A DNA stretch of 60,944 nt, filler included. It is 3 parts of 3 records of this genome, joined end to end, with 100 filler letters (N's around TTAATTAATTAA, not from the genome) between each part and the next. Parts side by side here need not be neighbours in the genome. Positions count along the whole stretch, not along the records: positions 44,808 to 60,944 come from SRR31156797_2674; 2 more parts are not named here. One strand, 5' to 3'. The notes beneath the pieces are model-generated. The model was not told the origin of the DNA and did no database searches. It saw only the letters and a program-made list of their open reading frames with translations. Numbering within the stretch: position 1 is the stretch's first letter; every line of letters starts with the position of its first letter. A program made the position numbers and the translations under genes. This document shows positions 51,062-60,944 of the stretch, one piece after another.

Positions 51062-52540
51062 ATGATAGTCCTCAACGACATACACAAACACTACGGCCGG
51101 GTTCGGGCCAACGACGGCATAAGCCTGACCCTTGAACCCGGCCGCATTTACGCCCTCGTGGGTGAGAATGGTGCTGGAAAGTCCACGCTCATGCGCGTGC
51201 TGGCAGGACATACCCGCCCCACATCCGGCACGCTGGAAATCGGCGGGGAGACCATCTCCCACCTCACTCCTACATTGGCTCGAGAAAAAGGCGTCGGCAT
51301 GCTCTATCAGGACCCGCTCGACTTCCCTGCCATGCCTGTATGGGAGAATTTTCAGCTCGGTGCGCCCAAACGATCCAAGCAGGAAGTGGTCGATGTCATC
51401 GGCGAGCTGTCGTACCGGCTGGACGCCTGTTTCCTGCCGGACGAGCCTGTCTCGTCTCTGACTGTAGGCGAGCGCCAGTTGCTGGAGCTTCTGCGTTTGC
51501 TCGACCTCGGAGCGACCACCCTGATTCTGGACGAACCGACCACTGGCATCACCCCGGAACAAAAACAGGACCTTTTCGATCTTCTGATGAAGCTTGCTCG
51601 GGAAGAGGGACACACCATTATTCTGGTGACGCACAAGCTCTCCGAGGCTTTCGAGATGGCGGACTCCATCTTCATCATGCGCCAAGGGGCATTGGTGTCG
51701 ACCCTTGAACCGCCCTACGATGAAAAAGAACTTGTTCATCTCATGTTTGGCGAGGCCGCTGAAGGAGAAGTCGCCGCACTGCCGGAACTTCCCCCTGAGG
51801 ATACGCCCCCGCGACTTGCCATGCGTGACACGTTGTTCGCTGGTCCCAAATATTCCATGGGCAACTTGAATTTTACGGCCCGCCCCGGTGAATGTATCGG
51901 GCTGGCAGGACTGGACGGATCAGGACAGGAACTGTTCCTGCGCGGCTTATGCGGCCTTGACCGTATGCCTGACGGCGCTTTTGATCTGGACAACGCCACA
52001 TACCGATCCAACGACTTTGCAACTTTGCGCAAGGCGGGGGTCCAATTCGTCCCTGCGGACCGACTGCAAATGGCCCTGTTCCCAGCCCTCAATCTCATGG
52101 AACACATCACTCTCGCCTTCCCGGACAAAAAAGGCGACCTGACAGACTTCTACCAGTCCCAGTGTGTTGACGGGTTCAACCTCCGCGCCCATCCAGAAAC
52201 TCAGGCCAACGAACTGTCCGGCGGTAACCAACAGCGGCTCCTGCTGTCACTCATTCCGAATGACACCAAACTGTTGCTCATGGAACATCCCACTCGCGGC
52301 CTCGATGCCGGTTCTGCCCGTCAGGTCTGGAACCACCTCAAGACCCGTTGTGCCGACGGTTCCACACTGATTTTCTTTTCCCCGGATCTCGACGAAGTGC
52401 TGGAACACAGTCACCGGGTCATTGTTTTCTATGACAGAGCTATTGCCGCTGTGGTGGAAGGTGACGACATTTCCATGGAAATAATCGGTGCGCTCATGGC
52501 CGGTAAAAGCATGGAAGATATCAAGGAGAGCAACTCATGA
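51062..52540 (+). CDS. Sugar/nucleoside ABC transporter ATP-binding protein (tandem ABC)
   Basis: GENGAGKST, ILDEPT, THKL, LSGGNQQ, PTRGLD. Confidence 0.92.
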   Translation: MIVLNDIHKHYGRVRANDGISLTLEPGRIYALVGENGAGKSTLMRVLAGHTRPTSGTLEIGGETISHLTPTLAREKGVGMLYQDPLDFPAMPVWENFQLGAPKRSKQEVVDVIGELSYRLDACFLPDEPVSSLTVGERQLLELLRLLDLGATTLILDEPTTGITPEQKQDLFDLLMKLAREEGHTIILVTHKLSEAFEMADSIFIMRQGALVSTLEPPYDEKELVHLMFGEAAEGEVAALPELPPEDTPPRLAMRDTLFAGPKYSMGNLNFTARPGECIGLAGLDGSGQELFLRGLCGLDRMPDGAFDLDNATYRSNDFATLRKAGVQFVPADRLQMALFPALNLMEHITLAFPDKKGDLTDFYQSQCVDGFNLRAHPETQANELSGGNQQRLLLSLIPNDTKLLLMEHPTRGLDAGSARQVWNHLKTRCADGSTLIFFSPDLDEVLEHSHRVIVFYDRAIAAVVEGDDISMEIIGALMAGKSMEDIKESNS

Positions 52541-53577
52541 ACCGTGATTCTCTCCTGACTCAAATCGGATGGATTTGCGCGGCCTTCGGTCTGGCGATAT
52601 TTCTGACCATTCTCGTGGCGTGGCCTGCTGGTGCACCCCCTTTTGAAACCATTTATGTCCTTTTCAAAGGCGGCGTCAGCTCCATGTCCAAAATCGGCCG
52701 GGTTCTGGCAGGTTGGGTACCACTCACGTTGTGCGCCGTAGGATTGCTCGTCCCGTTCACGGCACGACTGTGGAACATCGGCGTCGAAGGACAGGTCATC
52801 ATGGGAGCCATCTTCTGTACTGCCGCGCTCCGTCCTTTCGACGACGGCGGTGCTCTTCAGATAGCCCTCGCCATTGGTGCGGCCATGCTTGGCGGCGCAC
52901 TCTGGGCACTCCTTGCAGGATGTCTGCGAGTCTTTGGCAGAGTCCATGAAATTTTCTCCGGTCTCGGACTGAACTTCGTGGCTCTAGGCGTCACGCTCTG
53001 GCTCATCTTTGGCCCATGGAAACGTCCGGGCGTAGCGTCAATGTCCGGCACCCAACCGTTGGACATGTCCCTGTGGCTGCCACGGCTTGGTAAACTTTCA
53101 GTGAGCTGGGTCGGACTGGCACTGGCCATCGCCGCCACCATTTTTGTCTATATTCTGCTTTACCGCACCAAATGGGGACTCAAAATGCGCGCCGTGGGCG
53201 AAAACCCCAAGGCCGCCACCTTGTTTTCACTGGGACCACGCCGCCGGTTGCTTCAGGCATTCATGATTTGCGGAGCTTTGGCCGGACTGGCCGGAGCCAC
53301 ACAGGTCCTCGGCGTCTACCATCGATTGCTCCCTGCCATTTCCTCCAACTATGGGTATACCGCTTTGTTGGTAGGAATGATGGCTTCATTCCGATTGCCA
53401 CTGGTCCCGTTCATCTGCCTGTTCTTTGCCATCCTCAATGTCGGTTCCATCCAATTACCACTTCAGTTGGGGCTTGATTCTTCCCTGTCCGGCGTCATTC
53501 AGGGTGTCATGGTCCTCTCCCTATTCATTGTCCAAGGGCTGAGACTCTGGCTCAGACAAAGAAAGGAGGCAGATTAA
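52537..53577 (+). CDS. Nucleoside ABC transporter permease
   Basis: WNIGVEGQ, G.KMRAVGENP. Confidence 0.9.
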   Translation: MNRDSLLTQIGWICAAFGLAIFLTILVAWPAGAPPFETIYVLFKGGVSSMSKIGRVLAGWVPLTLCAVGLLVPFTARLWNIGVEGQVIMGAIFCTAALRPFDDGGALQIALAIGAAMLGGALWALLAGCLRVFGRVHEIFSGLGLNFVALGVTLWLIFGPWKRPGVASMSGTQPLDMSLWLPRLGKLSVSWVGLALAIAATIFVYILLYRTKWGLKMRAVGENPKAATLFSLGPRRRLLQAFMICGALAGLAGATQVLGVYHRLLPAISSNYGYTALLVGMMASFRLPLVPFICLFFAILNVGSIQLPLQLGLDSSLSGVIQGVMVLSLFIVQGLRLWLRQRKEAD

Positions 53578-54561
53578 ATGGAAACTTTCGGACTGACTCT
53601 TGCCGCAATTCTGGTGGCTGGCGCACCGCTTGTTCTCGCAACACTCGGAGAAACGCTCACAGAAAAAGCCGGTATCATCAACCTGTCACTGGACGGTTCC
53701 ATTCTCCTGTCCGCCATGGCCGCCTTCGTCGTATCCGTAACGTTCGACAACCCTTGGCTTGGCTTGTTGGCAGGCATGGCAGTAGGTGCTGCCATTGCAG
53801 GCATCCTCGGTGTCGTCGGCATCTATCTCGGTCAATCACAGCTTGCCGTCGGATTCATCCTGACCCTACTCTGTCGCGATCTGGCATACTTCCTCGGGCA
53901 CAACTACTCCCGCCAGCCCGGACCGGATCTCGGTCTGTGGTCTATTCCAGGAATAGGCAATATCCCGGTGATCGGCCCGATATTCAGCACCCAATCTCCA
54001 GTGGTGTACCTTGGCTTAATAGCAATTTTCGTCTGCTGGTGGTGGATGTATCGAACCGAAGGCGGCATGCGTCTTCGGGCTGTCGGAGAATCTCCGCGAG
54101 CAGCTTTCGGACGCGGCATTCGTGTACGTCTTGTCAGACTCTATTATTGTCTGGCAGGCGGTGCACTTGTCGGCATGGCCGGCGCGGCTTACTCCTTGGC
54201 TGTCAAACCAGGATGGGGGCGTCCCCAAGGCTGTGAAGGTGCAGGCTGGATTGCTCTTGCCATCGTCATCTTTGGCGGTTGGCACCCCGTAAGGGCCGCG
54301 CTGGGCGCGTTCTTCTTCGCAGGATTGCAGGTGTCCGGTATCTATTTACAGGAAGTATTCCCGTCCATTCCGGCCCCGGTATTTCAGGTTGCCCCGTTCC
54401 CCATGATGATCCTCACGCTGCTGGCCGTAAACCTCGGTCGCATGGGATGGATGCAGGACATCGTCCGCCGTCATCCGTTCCTCAAAACCTTTTCCAAAGG
54501 CTGGTCCATAGAAGCTCCTGCCGCTTTGGGACAAGATTTTGACCCCAAAAAGGGTTTGTAG
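53578..54561 (+). CDS. Nucleoside ABC transporter permease
   Basis: GETLTEKAGIINL, RLRAVGE, GWIALAIVIFGGW.P, PAALG. Confidence 0.9.
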   Translation: METFGLTLAAILVAGAPLVLATLGETLTEKAGIINLSLDGSILLSAMAAFVVSVTFDNPWLGLLAGMAVGAAIAGILGVVGIYLGQSQLAVGFILTLLCRDLAYFLGHNYSRQPGPDLGLWSIPGIGNIPVIGPIFSTQSPVVYLGLIAIFVCWWWMYRTEGGMRLRAVGESPRAAFGRGIRVRLVRLYYCLAGGALVGMAGAAYSLAVKPGWGRPQGCEGAGWIALAIVIFGGWHPVRAALGAFFFAGLQVSGIYLQEVFPSIPAPVFQVAPFPMMILTLLAVNLGRMGWMQDIVRRHPFLKTFSKGWSIEAPAALGQDFDPKKGL

Positions 54562-54647
54562 AGCAATCAATTCACTGAACCTGTTGCCCATAAGCACAAA
54601 ATTAGCTAACTATCTAGTAAGTGAATATAAACTTTGCCGAGGGGACA

Positions 54648-55823
54648 ATGAGTACAGCAACCCAACCGACGGTCCTGATTGTCGATGATAATAGACTGAA
54701 CATCGATCTACTGGTTGATATTCTCGAAGACGACTACAAACTCCTTGTCGCCCTCAACGGGATTACTGCGCTTGAACTCATTCAGGATTCCCTGCCGGAC
54801 ATCGTTCTTCTGGATATCATGATGCCGGAAATGGACGGCTATGAAGTTTGCAAACGGCTCAAAAGTGATGACCGCACTTCCAAAATTCCTATCATCTTCA
54901 TCACAGCCAAAACACAGACGGAAGACGAAGCCAACGGGTTGGCTCTTGGAGCCGTCGACTATATCACTAAACCGGTAAATCCAGCCATTGTTCAAGCCAG
55001 AATTAAAACACACCTCGCTTTATATAATCAGAACCGGGAACTTGAAGACAAGGTTCTCCAACGCACCAAAGAACTGAACCTCAGCAAAGAAAAAGCGGAC
55101 GAAGCGAGCAAGGCTAAATCCGCATTTCTGGCAAACATCAGCCATGAGTTGCGTACACCACTTAACCATATCATGGGATTATCCAGTCTCCTGCTGGAAA
55201 TGGATGAAGACCCGGAACATCTGGAACTGCTCGGCCCTATCAACGAAGGAGCAGTCCATTTAACTGACCTCTTCGACCAACTTCTGAATCTGACCACCCT
55301 GGAATCAGATACTGTTGAGATCACCTTCAAGACATTCGAAATTCGAAAAGCTCTTTCACAGCAAACCACCATCTTTTCCTCATACGCCAAAAAAAAGAAC
55401 CTTAAATTTGAATCCACAATTCATACGGATGTACCAGAAATCGTTCACGGCGCCCCAGTTGAAACCGTTCAAGCACTCAGCAACGTCCTGCTTAATGCTT
55501 TCCGATACACGGAAAAAGGCAAAATTTCTTTAGATGTTCGTATTGACCCGAACAACTATGCCGGAACAGCATCGGATAGAATCATGCTTAGGTTCACAAT
55601 TTCAGATACAGGAATCGGCATTCCTGAGGATCGGCTGCAAAGTATTTTCAAATCCTTTGAAATTGGCGAACGAGTCATGACAAAACGGCTGAGTGGCTCC
55701 GGGGTCGGCCTGACCATCTCCAAGTATCTCATCGAAAAATTGGGCGGATCAATTGAGGTCGAAAGCACCGAAGGAGAAGGAAGTACCTTCACTATTTCCC
55801 TCCCGTTCACGCTCATAAATTGA
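54648..55823 (+). CDS. Receiver-histidine kinase hybrid
   Basis: LIVDD...[38 protein letters not shown]. Confidence 0.92.
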   Translation: MSTATQPTVLIVDDNRLNIDLLVDILEDDYKLLVALNGITALELIQDSLPDIVLLDIMMPEMDGYEVCKRLKSDDRTSKIPIIFITAKTQTEDEANGLALGAVDYITKPVNPAIVQARIKTHLALYNQNRELEDKVLQRTKELNLSKEKADEASKAKSAFLANISHELRTPLNHIMGLSSLLLEMDEDPEHLELLGPINEGAVHLTDLFDQLLNLTTLESDTVEITFKTFEIRKALSQQTTIFSSYAKKKNLKFESTIHTDVPEIVHGAPVETVQALSNVLLNAFRYTEKGKISLDVRIDPNNYAGTASDRIMLRFTISDTGIGIPEDRLQSIFKSFEIGERVMTKRLSGSGVGLTISKYLIEKLGGSIEVESTEGEGSTFTISLPFTLIN

Positions 55824-55841
55824 TGCGGAAATCAAAGCAAT

Positions 55842-57788
55842 TTACACAATTTCTTTGTCTGAAAGAGGTATTGTAAAAACGAAACAACTCCCGCCATTCT
55901 CAGCAGGCTTCATCATCAACTTTCCGCCATAGTGCTCCACTATTTGCCGACAAATTGCTAACCCAAGGCCAGTTCCGAAAACTTGGCTTGAGCGCTTATT
56001 TACATCGTGCACCTGATAAAAAATATCAAATATTTTTTCCTGATCATCTTCAGAGACTCCCCGCCCAGTGTCGCACACGGAAAAATGACTAAAGCCTTCG
56101 ATCTCGACAGCAGACAAACTTACACTGCCTGATTCGGTATACTTAAATGCATTATCAAGAAGATTGATCAAAACCTGATGAAGCCGGTCGGCGTCCACGT
56201 TCACAACCGCATCACTTTCAGGAGTTCTGACAATAAAGTCCACATTCGGAGTTGCCTCTGCCCTTCCAGCTACCGACTCTGCCGCACGGACAAGGATATC
56301 CCGAACTGTCCCGTTCTGATCGCGCCACTCCATCTTTCCGGTTTCTATCTTACTCATATCAAGCAAATCATTGACGAGTCGCCCGAGTCGCTCTGCTTCA
56401 ATGCGAACGATTGACAAATTTCTGGCAAACTTATCTGCCTGTAATTCCCCATTTTTCAATGTTTCTATATGAGGACGAAACTGTTTCTGAAAACTCTTTT
56501 CCATAAGCTTAAGAAAACCAAGTATCGATGTCAGAGGTGTCCTCAATTCATGAGAGGCTGAAGCCAAGAATAATGTCTTGGCCCTATCCATGGCGATGAG
56601 TTTCTGTTCTGCATCTTTTCGAACAGCAATTTCTTTCTCACGGGAATGGCTATACTCTTCGAGTTTTTCCATAAAAGTATTAAAATACTCAACCATAATC
56701 CCAAGCTCGTCATTGGAGAATTGGCGCATACGCACGGAAAAATCTCCGTTAGCCGCTCGAGCCAAATCAGTCTGTAATTCACTCAGGGGGCGGGTAATTA
56801 ACGAACCGATACCCATGGAAATAGGCACCATGAGCAACAGGGCCACCAACAGTGCACCGATGAATATTAATTTGATGGTATCAAGGGGAGCCTGAAAATC
56901 CTCATAGTAACTCGACGAAGCCACAACCCAGCCCATCTCTGGAATATCCATAAAATACACAACCTTTTCCTTGAGTTCTGTATCCCCCGGATTTCTCCAC
57001 AGATAATCGAAATGGCCTCTTTTTTCTTCGACTATGCGACGGGCTATATCGCTCAACTTTGAGTCCCCGTATTCCTCATAATGCTTCCCTTCCAAGTGGG
57101 GATGCAGAAGCATATTCCCGTCATAATCAAGGACAAAAGGGTATCCTGACTTACCAAAACCTAACGAAAACAACCTTTTATTCAAATCTTCAACATTAAT
57201 CAGCTGAATGAACTCATCCCGATAACTCGACACAGAGATAATCCAGTCCCACGGCTCAAAATAGGCCATAAAAACAGCTTTAGGCCTCCCCTGTTTTTCA
57301 AAAGGTTCCTTCCAGTCGTATTCAATATATCCATTTTTGCGACGTATCTGTTCTTTGACAAAAGCAAGACTCGACAAATCCACGTCAAGAAGACTGTGCT
57401 TGTGATGAACGACCATGATGCCATCACTATCGAGGCAGTAGATTCGACCGGTCATGCCAATTGTCTGACTCAAAAAACTTTCCCGAGCACGTTGCTTTGC
57501 TTCTTCCTCGGTTATCCTCCCACGACGTACCTGACGATAAAGCTGCTCAGCCTCTTCGAGATTCTTTTCGGCCACCGCCCGCATATAATTTTTGATGGAG
57601 ATATCAGCTGTTGTATGCACCATGTTCTGGATCATCTCGGTAGTCCGACTCAATTCGCTCTCAATGGACTCCTGAATAATCTTGGTTACCAAAGCATAAA
57701 TAACAACCCCAACAACACTGAAAATAAGTAGAAAGGCGCAGGCATACGCTACAAACATCTTATTGCGAATCTTCATATTTCGAATCAT
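55842..57788 (-). CDS. Cache-domain HAMP sensor histidine kinase
   Basis: Two TMs around tandem Cache-like domains; [28 protein letters not shown]. Confidence 0.92.
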   Translation of the reverse strand: MIRNMKIRNKMFVAYACAFLLIFSVVGVVIYALVTKIIQESIESELSRTTEMIQNMVHTTADISIKNYMRAVAEKNLEEAEQLYRQVRRGRITEEEAKQRARESFLSQTIGMTGRIYCLDSDGIMVVHHKHSLLDVDLSSLAFVKEQIRRKNGYIEYDWKEPFEKQGRPKAVFMAYFEPWDWIISVSSYRDEFIQLINVEDLNKRLFSLGFGKSGYPFVLDYDGNMLLHPHLEGKHYEEYGDSKLSDIARRIVEEKRGHFDYLWRNPGDTELKEKVVYFMDIPEMGWVVASSSYYEDFQAPLDTIKLIFIGALLVALLLMVPISMGIGSLITRPLSELQTDLARAANGDFSVRMRQFSNDELGIMVEYFNTFMEKLEEYSHSREKEIAVRKDAEQKLIAMDRAKTLFLASASHELRTPLTSILGFLKLMEKSFQKQFRPHIETLKNGELQADKFARNLSIVRIEAERLGRLVNDLLDMSKIETGKMEWRDQNGTVRDILVRAAESVAGRAEATPNVDFIVRTPESDAVVNVDADRLHQVLINLLDNAFKYTESGSVSLSAVEIEGFSHFSVCDTGRGVSEDDQEKIFDIFYQVHDVNKRSSQVFGTGLGLAICRQIVEHYGGKLMMKPAENGGSCFVFTIPLSDKEIV

Positions 57789-57791
57789 GCG

Positions 57792-58967
57792 TCACCGCCC
57801 TTTTTCCAAAGAAAAAACGGGGGTAAAACCACGGGGGCCAAACAATCCTTGAAAAGGGAAATTCCCGATATTGTCCGACGTCACCATGGGGATAAACGGA
57901 CCGGACCGAAATGGAAAATCTTGACCAGCTTTCTCACCGTTGAGCAAACGAATCATCATATCCACGGCCATACGCCCCTGAAACACCATCAGATCTGAAG
58001 GAGCACCCGCCACTTTCCCTTGAAGAATCAGGTCATACAAATCCTGAGTCAAATATGTCCCGACGACAGTCGTCTCTTGTCCCGTTTTTGTTCGTGCAAG
58101 GACCTCAGAGGCTACTTCGGCTGCCACGGCGTTACCAACAAGATAGTGAGCAGGACCGACGTTTTTGAGACTTGCTTCGATCAAAGCACGTTGCACATCT
58201 CTGTCCGTATCCCCATAACACACGTCCAACACATCCACCTTGCCCGGATAGTATTCCAAAGCATCCTCAAAGCCTGCCAAAGTCTCAGGCGCCCATCCTG
58301 AATTTAGGGGACCGGGGAAAAAAACGACTGAGACAGCATCCAACCCAGCGTTCTCTGCATGTTCAGCAACATACTCACCAGCAAAATAACCCATTTCATA
58401 AAAGGAGACCAAAGCTTTGGCTGAGACATCAGCCGAATGCACATCGTTGACCACCTCCACAACAGGCACGCCAGCATTTCTAGCATGCCTAACATCACTA
58501 TCATTCCCGGTGTAACTGATCGCTCCCAAGATGATACCATCGACACGCTCTTGGACAAATTGCCGCACTTGGGATTGCTGCCTCTCTAACTCTCCATACC
58601 CTCCGGCTTCCATCAGTTTAATGGAAACACCGAGCCTCTTAGCTTCATCAAGAATGCCATAACTTACGGCAGTCCAATAATGATCTTTAAAATGAGGAAG
58701 GCAAACACCTATGACGTAAGGGAATTTAGCTGCGGCAGGAGGTAGCCATTCTTCAAGTTTGGGACGATCAAGACTCTTCGCGGCTCGTCCAGCCTCTTTG
58801 AATTTCACGTCATATGAGCCGTAAAAGCTTTTAACCTGAATAGGCCACCATGGAACTTCTTCATCATTTGCTACAGAAGGAGTGCTCGCAAACATCCCAA
58901 AAAGGACACTCGCAATGACAATAAAAACAAGCACCACAGTATTTAATCGTTTCAAAACACACTGCAT
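57792..58967 (-). CDS. TorT-like periplasmic binding protein
   Basis: VCLPHFKDHYW..V.YG, EAGGY, FPGP..SGW, YGDT, GNAVAAE, QGRMAVD resemble TorT; start uncertain. Confidence 0.75.
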   Translation of the reverse strand: MQCVLKRLNTVVLVFIVIASVLFGMFASTPSVANDEEVPWWPIQVKSFYGSYDVKFKEAGRAAKSLDRPKLEEWLPPAAAKFPYVIGVCLPHFKDHYWTAVSYGILDEAKRLGVSIKLMEAGGYGELERQQSQVRQFVQERVDGIILGAISYTGNDSDVRHARNAGVPVVEVVNDVHSADVSAKALVSFYEMGYFAGEYVAEHAENAGLDAVSVVFFPGPLNSGWAPETLAGFEDALEYYPGKVDVLDVCYGDTDRDVQRALIEASLKNVGPAHYLVGNAVAAEVASEVLARTKTGQETTVVGTYLTQDLYDLILQGKVAGAPSDLMVFQGRMAVDMMIRLLNGEKAGQDFPFRSGPFIPMVTSDNIGNFPFQGLFGPRGFTPVFSLEKGR

Positions 58968-59630
58968 GAACACGCACTTTCGTTTTATAAACATTAAAAA
59001 AAGGACACCACGAATAAAGGATATTAACAAACGAAGTGATAAAAAAACAATCCCCTTAGAAATGAGCTCTCCGTCGAATTTTCTCTCACCAATTTATTCT
59101 ATAACCTAGAATGTATCATGTAGATATAATGAATTAATTTCACTACTGATGGTGAAGTTATGTCTCTAAAGCTCATGATACCACCATATTCTCCTCCTCA
59201 CTCTAAAAACAACATTCGTATGGGGAACATGTTTCGATAAAAAAATACAAATATATCAAGCTCCAAAAAGAAACGTATACCATGAAAACAAGGGAGAATA
59301 ATCGTCTGTTAGTAGCTTATATCTCACTGTGTAGTATCCAAAATTCTTTCCAATTGGATTAAATATTTCAGTTCCTTTCACGAAGGAAGCTATTTTTTTC
59401 TATTTTTCACTCACACTTTTGATCAAAAGTGTTCCGATGATTATTCATATTTTGCTTTTTTTCTCGAAATAAACTGCATCAAAAAAACACTTCAAAACAA
59501 CGTTTGCTTGATTTTTTCCAATATTCAGGGCACAAGGACTCTGCTCAATCCAAGATTGGGTCTATGCCCATCCCGGACTCTCTCGCCCGACAGATCATGT
59601 CGGACGGATATACCCATTTAGGAGGAAATT

Positions 59631-60377
59631 ATGAAACGGACTATGACACTCTTTATTGCTTTGGCGATCGCGCTGTCCATGATCACCACGGCTTTTGCAG
59701 GCAACCTCACAGTTGCCACTGACACCAACTTCCCCCCGTTTGAATTCAAAGATCCCAAGACCGGCGAACATACCGGTTTCGACGTTGAAATCTGGGCCGC
59801 CATTGCCAAGGAAATCGGCGTACAATATGACCTGCAGCCAATGGCTTTCAAAGGCATCGTTCCCGGCCTGCAGTCTGCACAGCTCGACGCAGGTATTGCT
59901 GGCATGTCCATCACCGACAAGCGCAAAGAAGTTATCGATTTTTCTGATGGTTACTACGATTCAGGCCTCTTGCTTCTCGTAAAGGCTGACGAAACCGCTA
60001 TCAAGGATATCAAAACCTTGGACGGTAAAGTCGTCGCAACCAAGCAGGGAACCACCAGCGTTGAATTCCTCAAGGAAAACGCCAATCCCAAAGAAGTTAA
60101 ATTATTCCCCAATGACAACGCCATGTTCATGGAATTGCTGACCGGCGGCGTGGATGCAGTCATGTTCGACAAGCCGGTTGTTGAGTCTTTCGTATCCAAA
60201 CGCGGCAAAGGCGAAGTCAAGATCGTCGGTGATCTGTACGCAGGCCAACCTTACGGCATCGGCTTCCCCAAGGGTTCCGAACTGGTTGCCAAGGTCAACG
60301 CTGCTTTGAAGACACTCAAGGCCAACGGCACATACAGCACTCTTTACAAGAAATGGTTTGGTGTTGCCCCTCGTTAG
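59631..60377 (+). CDS. glnH: Glutamine ABC transporter substrate-binding protein
   Basis: VATDTNFPPFEF, GFDV, AGMSITDKRK, DFSDGYYDSG, YGIGFPKGS, YKKWFG. Confidence 0.9.
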   Translation: MKRTMTLFIALAIALSMITTAFAGNLTVATDTNFPPFEFKDPKTGEHTGFDVEIWAAIAKEIGVQYDLQPMAFKGIVPGLQSAQLDAGIAGMSITDKRKEVIDFSDGYYDSGLLLLVKADETAIKDIKTLDGKVVATKQGTTSVEFLKENANPKEVKLFPNDNAMFMELLTGGVDAVMFDKPVVESFVSKRGKGEVKIVGDLYAGQPYGIGFPKGSELVAKVNAALKTLKANGTYSTLYKKWFGVAPR

Positions 60378-60401
60378 TCTCTAATAATACTTGTTTTATC
60401 C

Positions 60402-60437
60402 TTGGGGGCGGCATAGGCCGCCCCCACTGTTTTTTTT
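60402..60437 (+). terminator. Intra-operon hairpin with T-tract between glnH and glnP
   Basis: TGGGGGCGGC-atag-GCCGCCCCCA followed by a T-tract. Confidence 0.75.
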
Positions 60438-60452
60438 ACACAGGGTGATATT

Positions 60453-60944
60453 ATGGCTTTTGAATTCGAACCGTCCGTAATGATAGAATCTCTGCCCCTG
60501 CTCATGGGGGGCGCGAAGATGACCGTTATCCTGACCGTGGGCGGTCTGTTTTTCGGTTTCATCCTCGGTGTCGCCGCAGGCATGATGAAACTATCCCGAA
60601 ATATTTTTGTGCGTAAACTGGCCGGCATTTATGTCGAAACAATTCGCGGCACCCCCATGCTCGTTCAGGCAATGTTTCTCTACTTCGGCGTTCCCATGGC
60701 TCTGGGCATACGCATACCAGCCGTTGTAGCGGGCATTATCATCATCGCCGTCAACTCCGGCGCATACATTGCTGAAATCGTGCGAGGTGCGGTCCAATCC
60801 ATCAACCAAGGACAAGGAGAAGCAGGGCGCTCCATCGGCCTGAACCGTTTTCAGACCATGCGCTACGTAATCTGGCCTCAGGCTCTGCGCCGCATGATCC
60901 CGCCCCTTGGTAATCAGTTCATCATCAGCCTCAAGGACACCTCC
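60453..60944 (+). CDS. glnP: Glutamine ABC transporter permease (3' truncated; not in ORF track)
   Basis: Manual translation MAFEFEPSVMIESLPLLMGGAKMT...IRGTPMLVQ...NSGAYIAEIVRG...PPLGNQFIISLKDTS. Confidence 0.9.
   Translation, partial: MAFEFEPSVMIESLPLLMGGAKMTVILTVGGLFFGFILGVAAGMMKLSRNIFVRKLAGIYVETIRGTPMLVQAMFLYFGVPMALGIRIPAVVAGIIIIAVNSGAYIAEIVRGAVQSINQGQGEAGRSIGLNRFQTMRYVIWPQALRRMIPPLGNQFIISLKDTS

Noticed and set aside
49676-51739. 687-aa minus-strand ORF
   Set aside because: Antisense shadow of the well-supported BMP and ABC ATPase genes in GC-rich sequence
59527-59546. Sigma54 promoter before glnH (GGCACAAGGACTCTGC)
   Set aside because: GG to GC spacing is 12 nt rather than the required 10

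Overview
The window is three unrelated contigs joined by artificial 100-nt N-linkers carrying TTAATTAATTAA (28487-28586 and 44708-44807), so gene context is only meaningful within each contig. Contig 1 (1-28486) looks Bacteroidota (TAnnTTTG promoters). It carries ppdK, a REC-PP2C phosphatase, an rsgA paralog with a candidate leader-peptide attenuator, mutS2, a His-rich Ni/Co transporter and a CBM9-like lipoprotein. It continues with the FadL-like/DUF4270/Kelch/DUF4907 cluster, an RND-TolC-LytS/LytTR operon, a Bcr MFS pump, an LRR-ROC-COR (Roco) protein, a DUF6261-like protein preceded by a 41-bp-period repeat array, and an M50 peptidase. Several intergenic heptamer and 21-bp-period arrays are also present. 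Contig 2 (28587-44707) is from a very AT-rich anaerobe (Fusobacteriota/Bacillota-like). It has an HD-GYP protein, a GH13-MFS-HxlR operon with both LacI-type and MerR-type promoters, FNT-asrABC-cbiX behind a class II CRP-type promoter, a ferritin-like GGDEF protein, a degenerate REC-HD protein and a multi-PAS kinase. Contig 3 (44808-60944) is Desulfovibrionaceae-like. It has a sigma54-driven type III glutamine synthetase, rluA coupled to a Cys-rich partner gene, greA, a BMP nucleoside ABC transporter, two kinases, a TorT-like protein and glnHP. The most promising unexplained signals are the 41-bp array between Roco and DUF6261, the stop-codon-anchored inverted heptamer elements, the rsgA leader, the RluA partner gene and the orphan MerR-type promoter. 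Family assignments come from motif recognition, not database searches.
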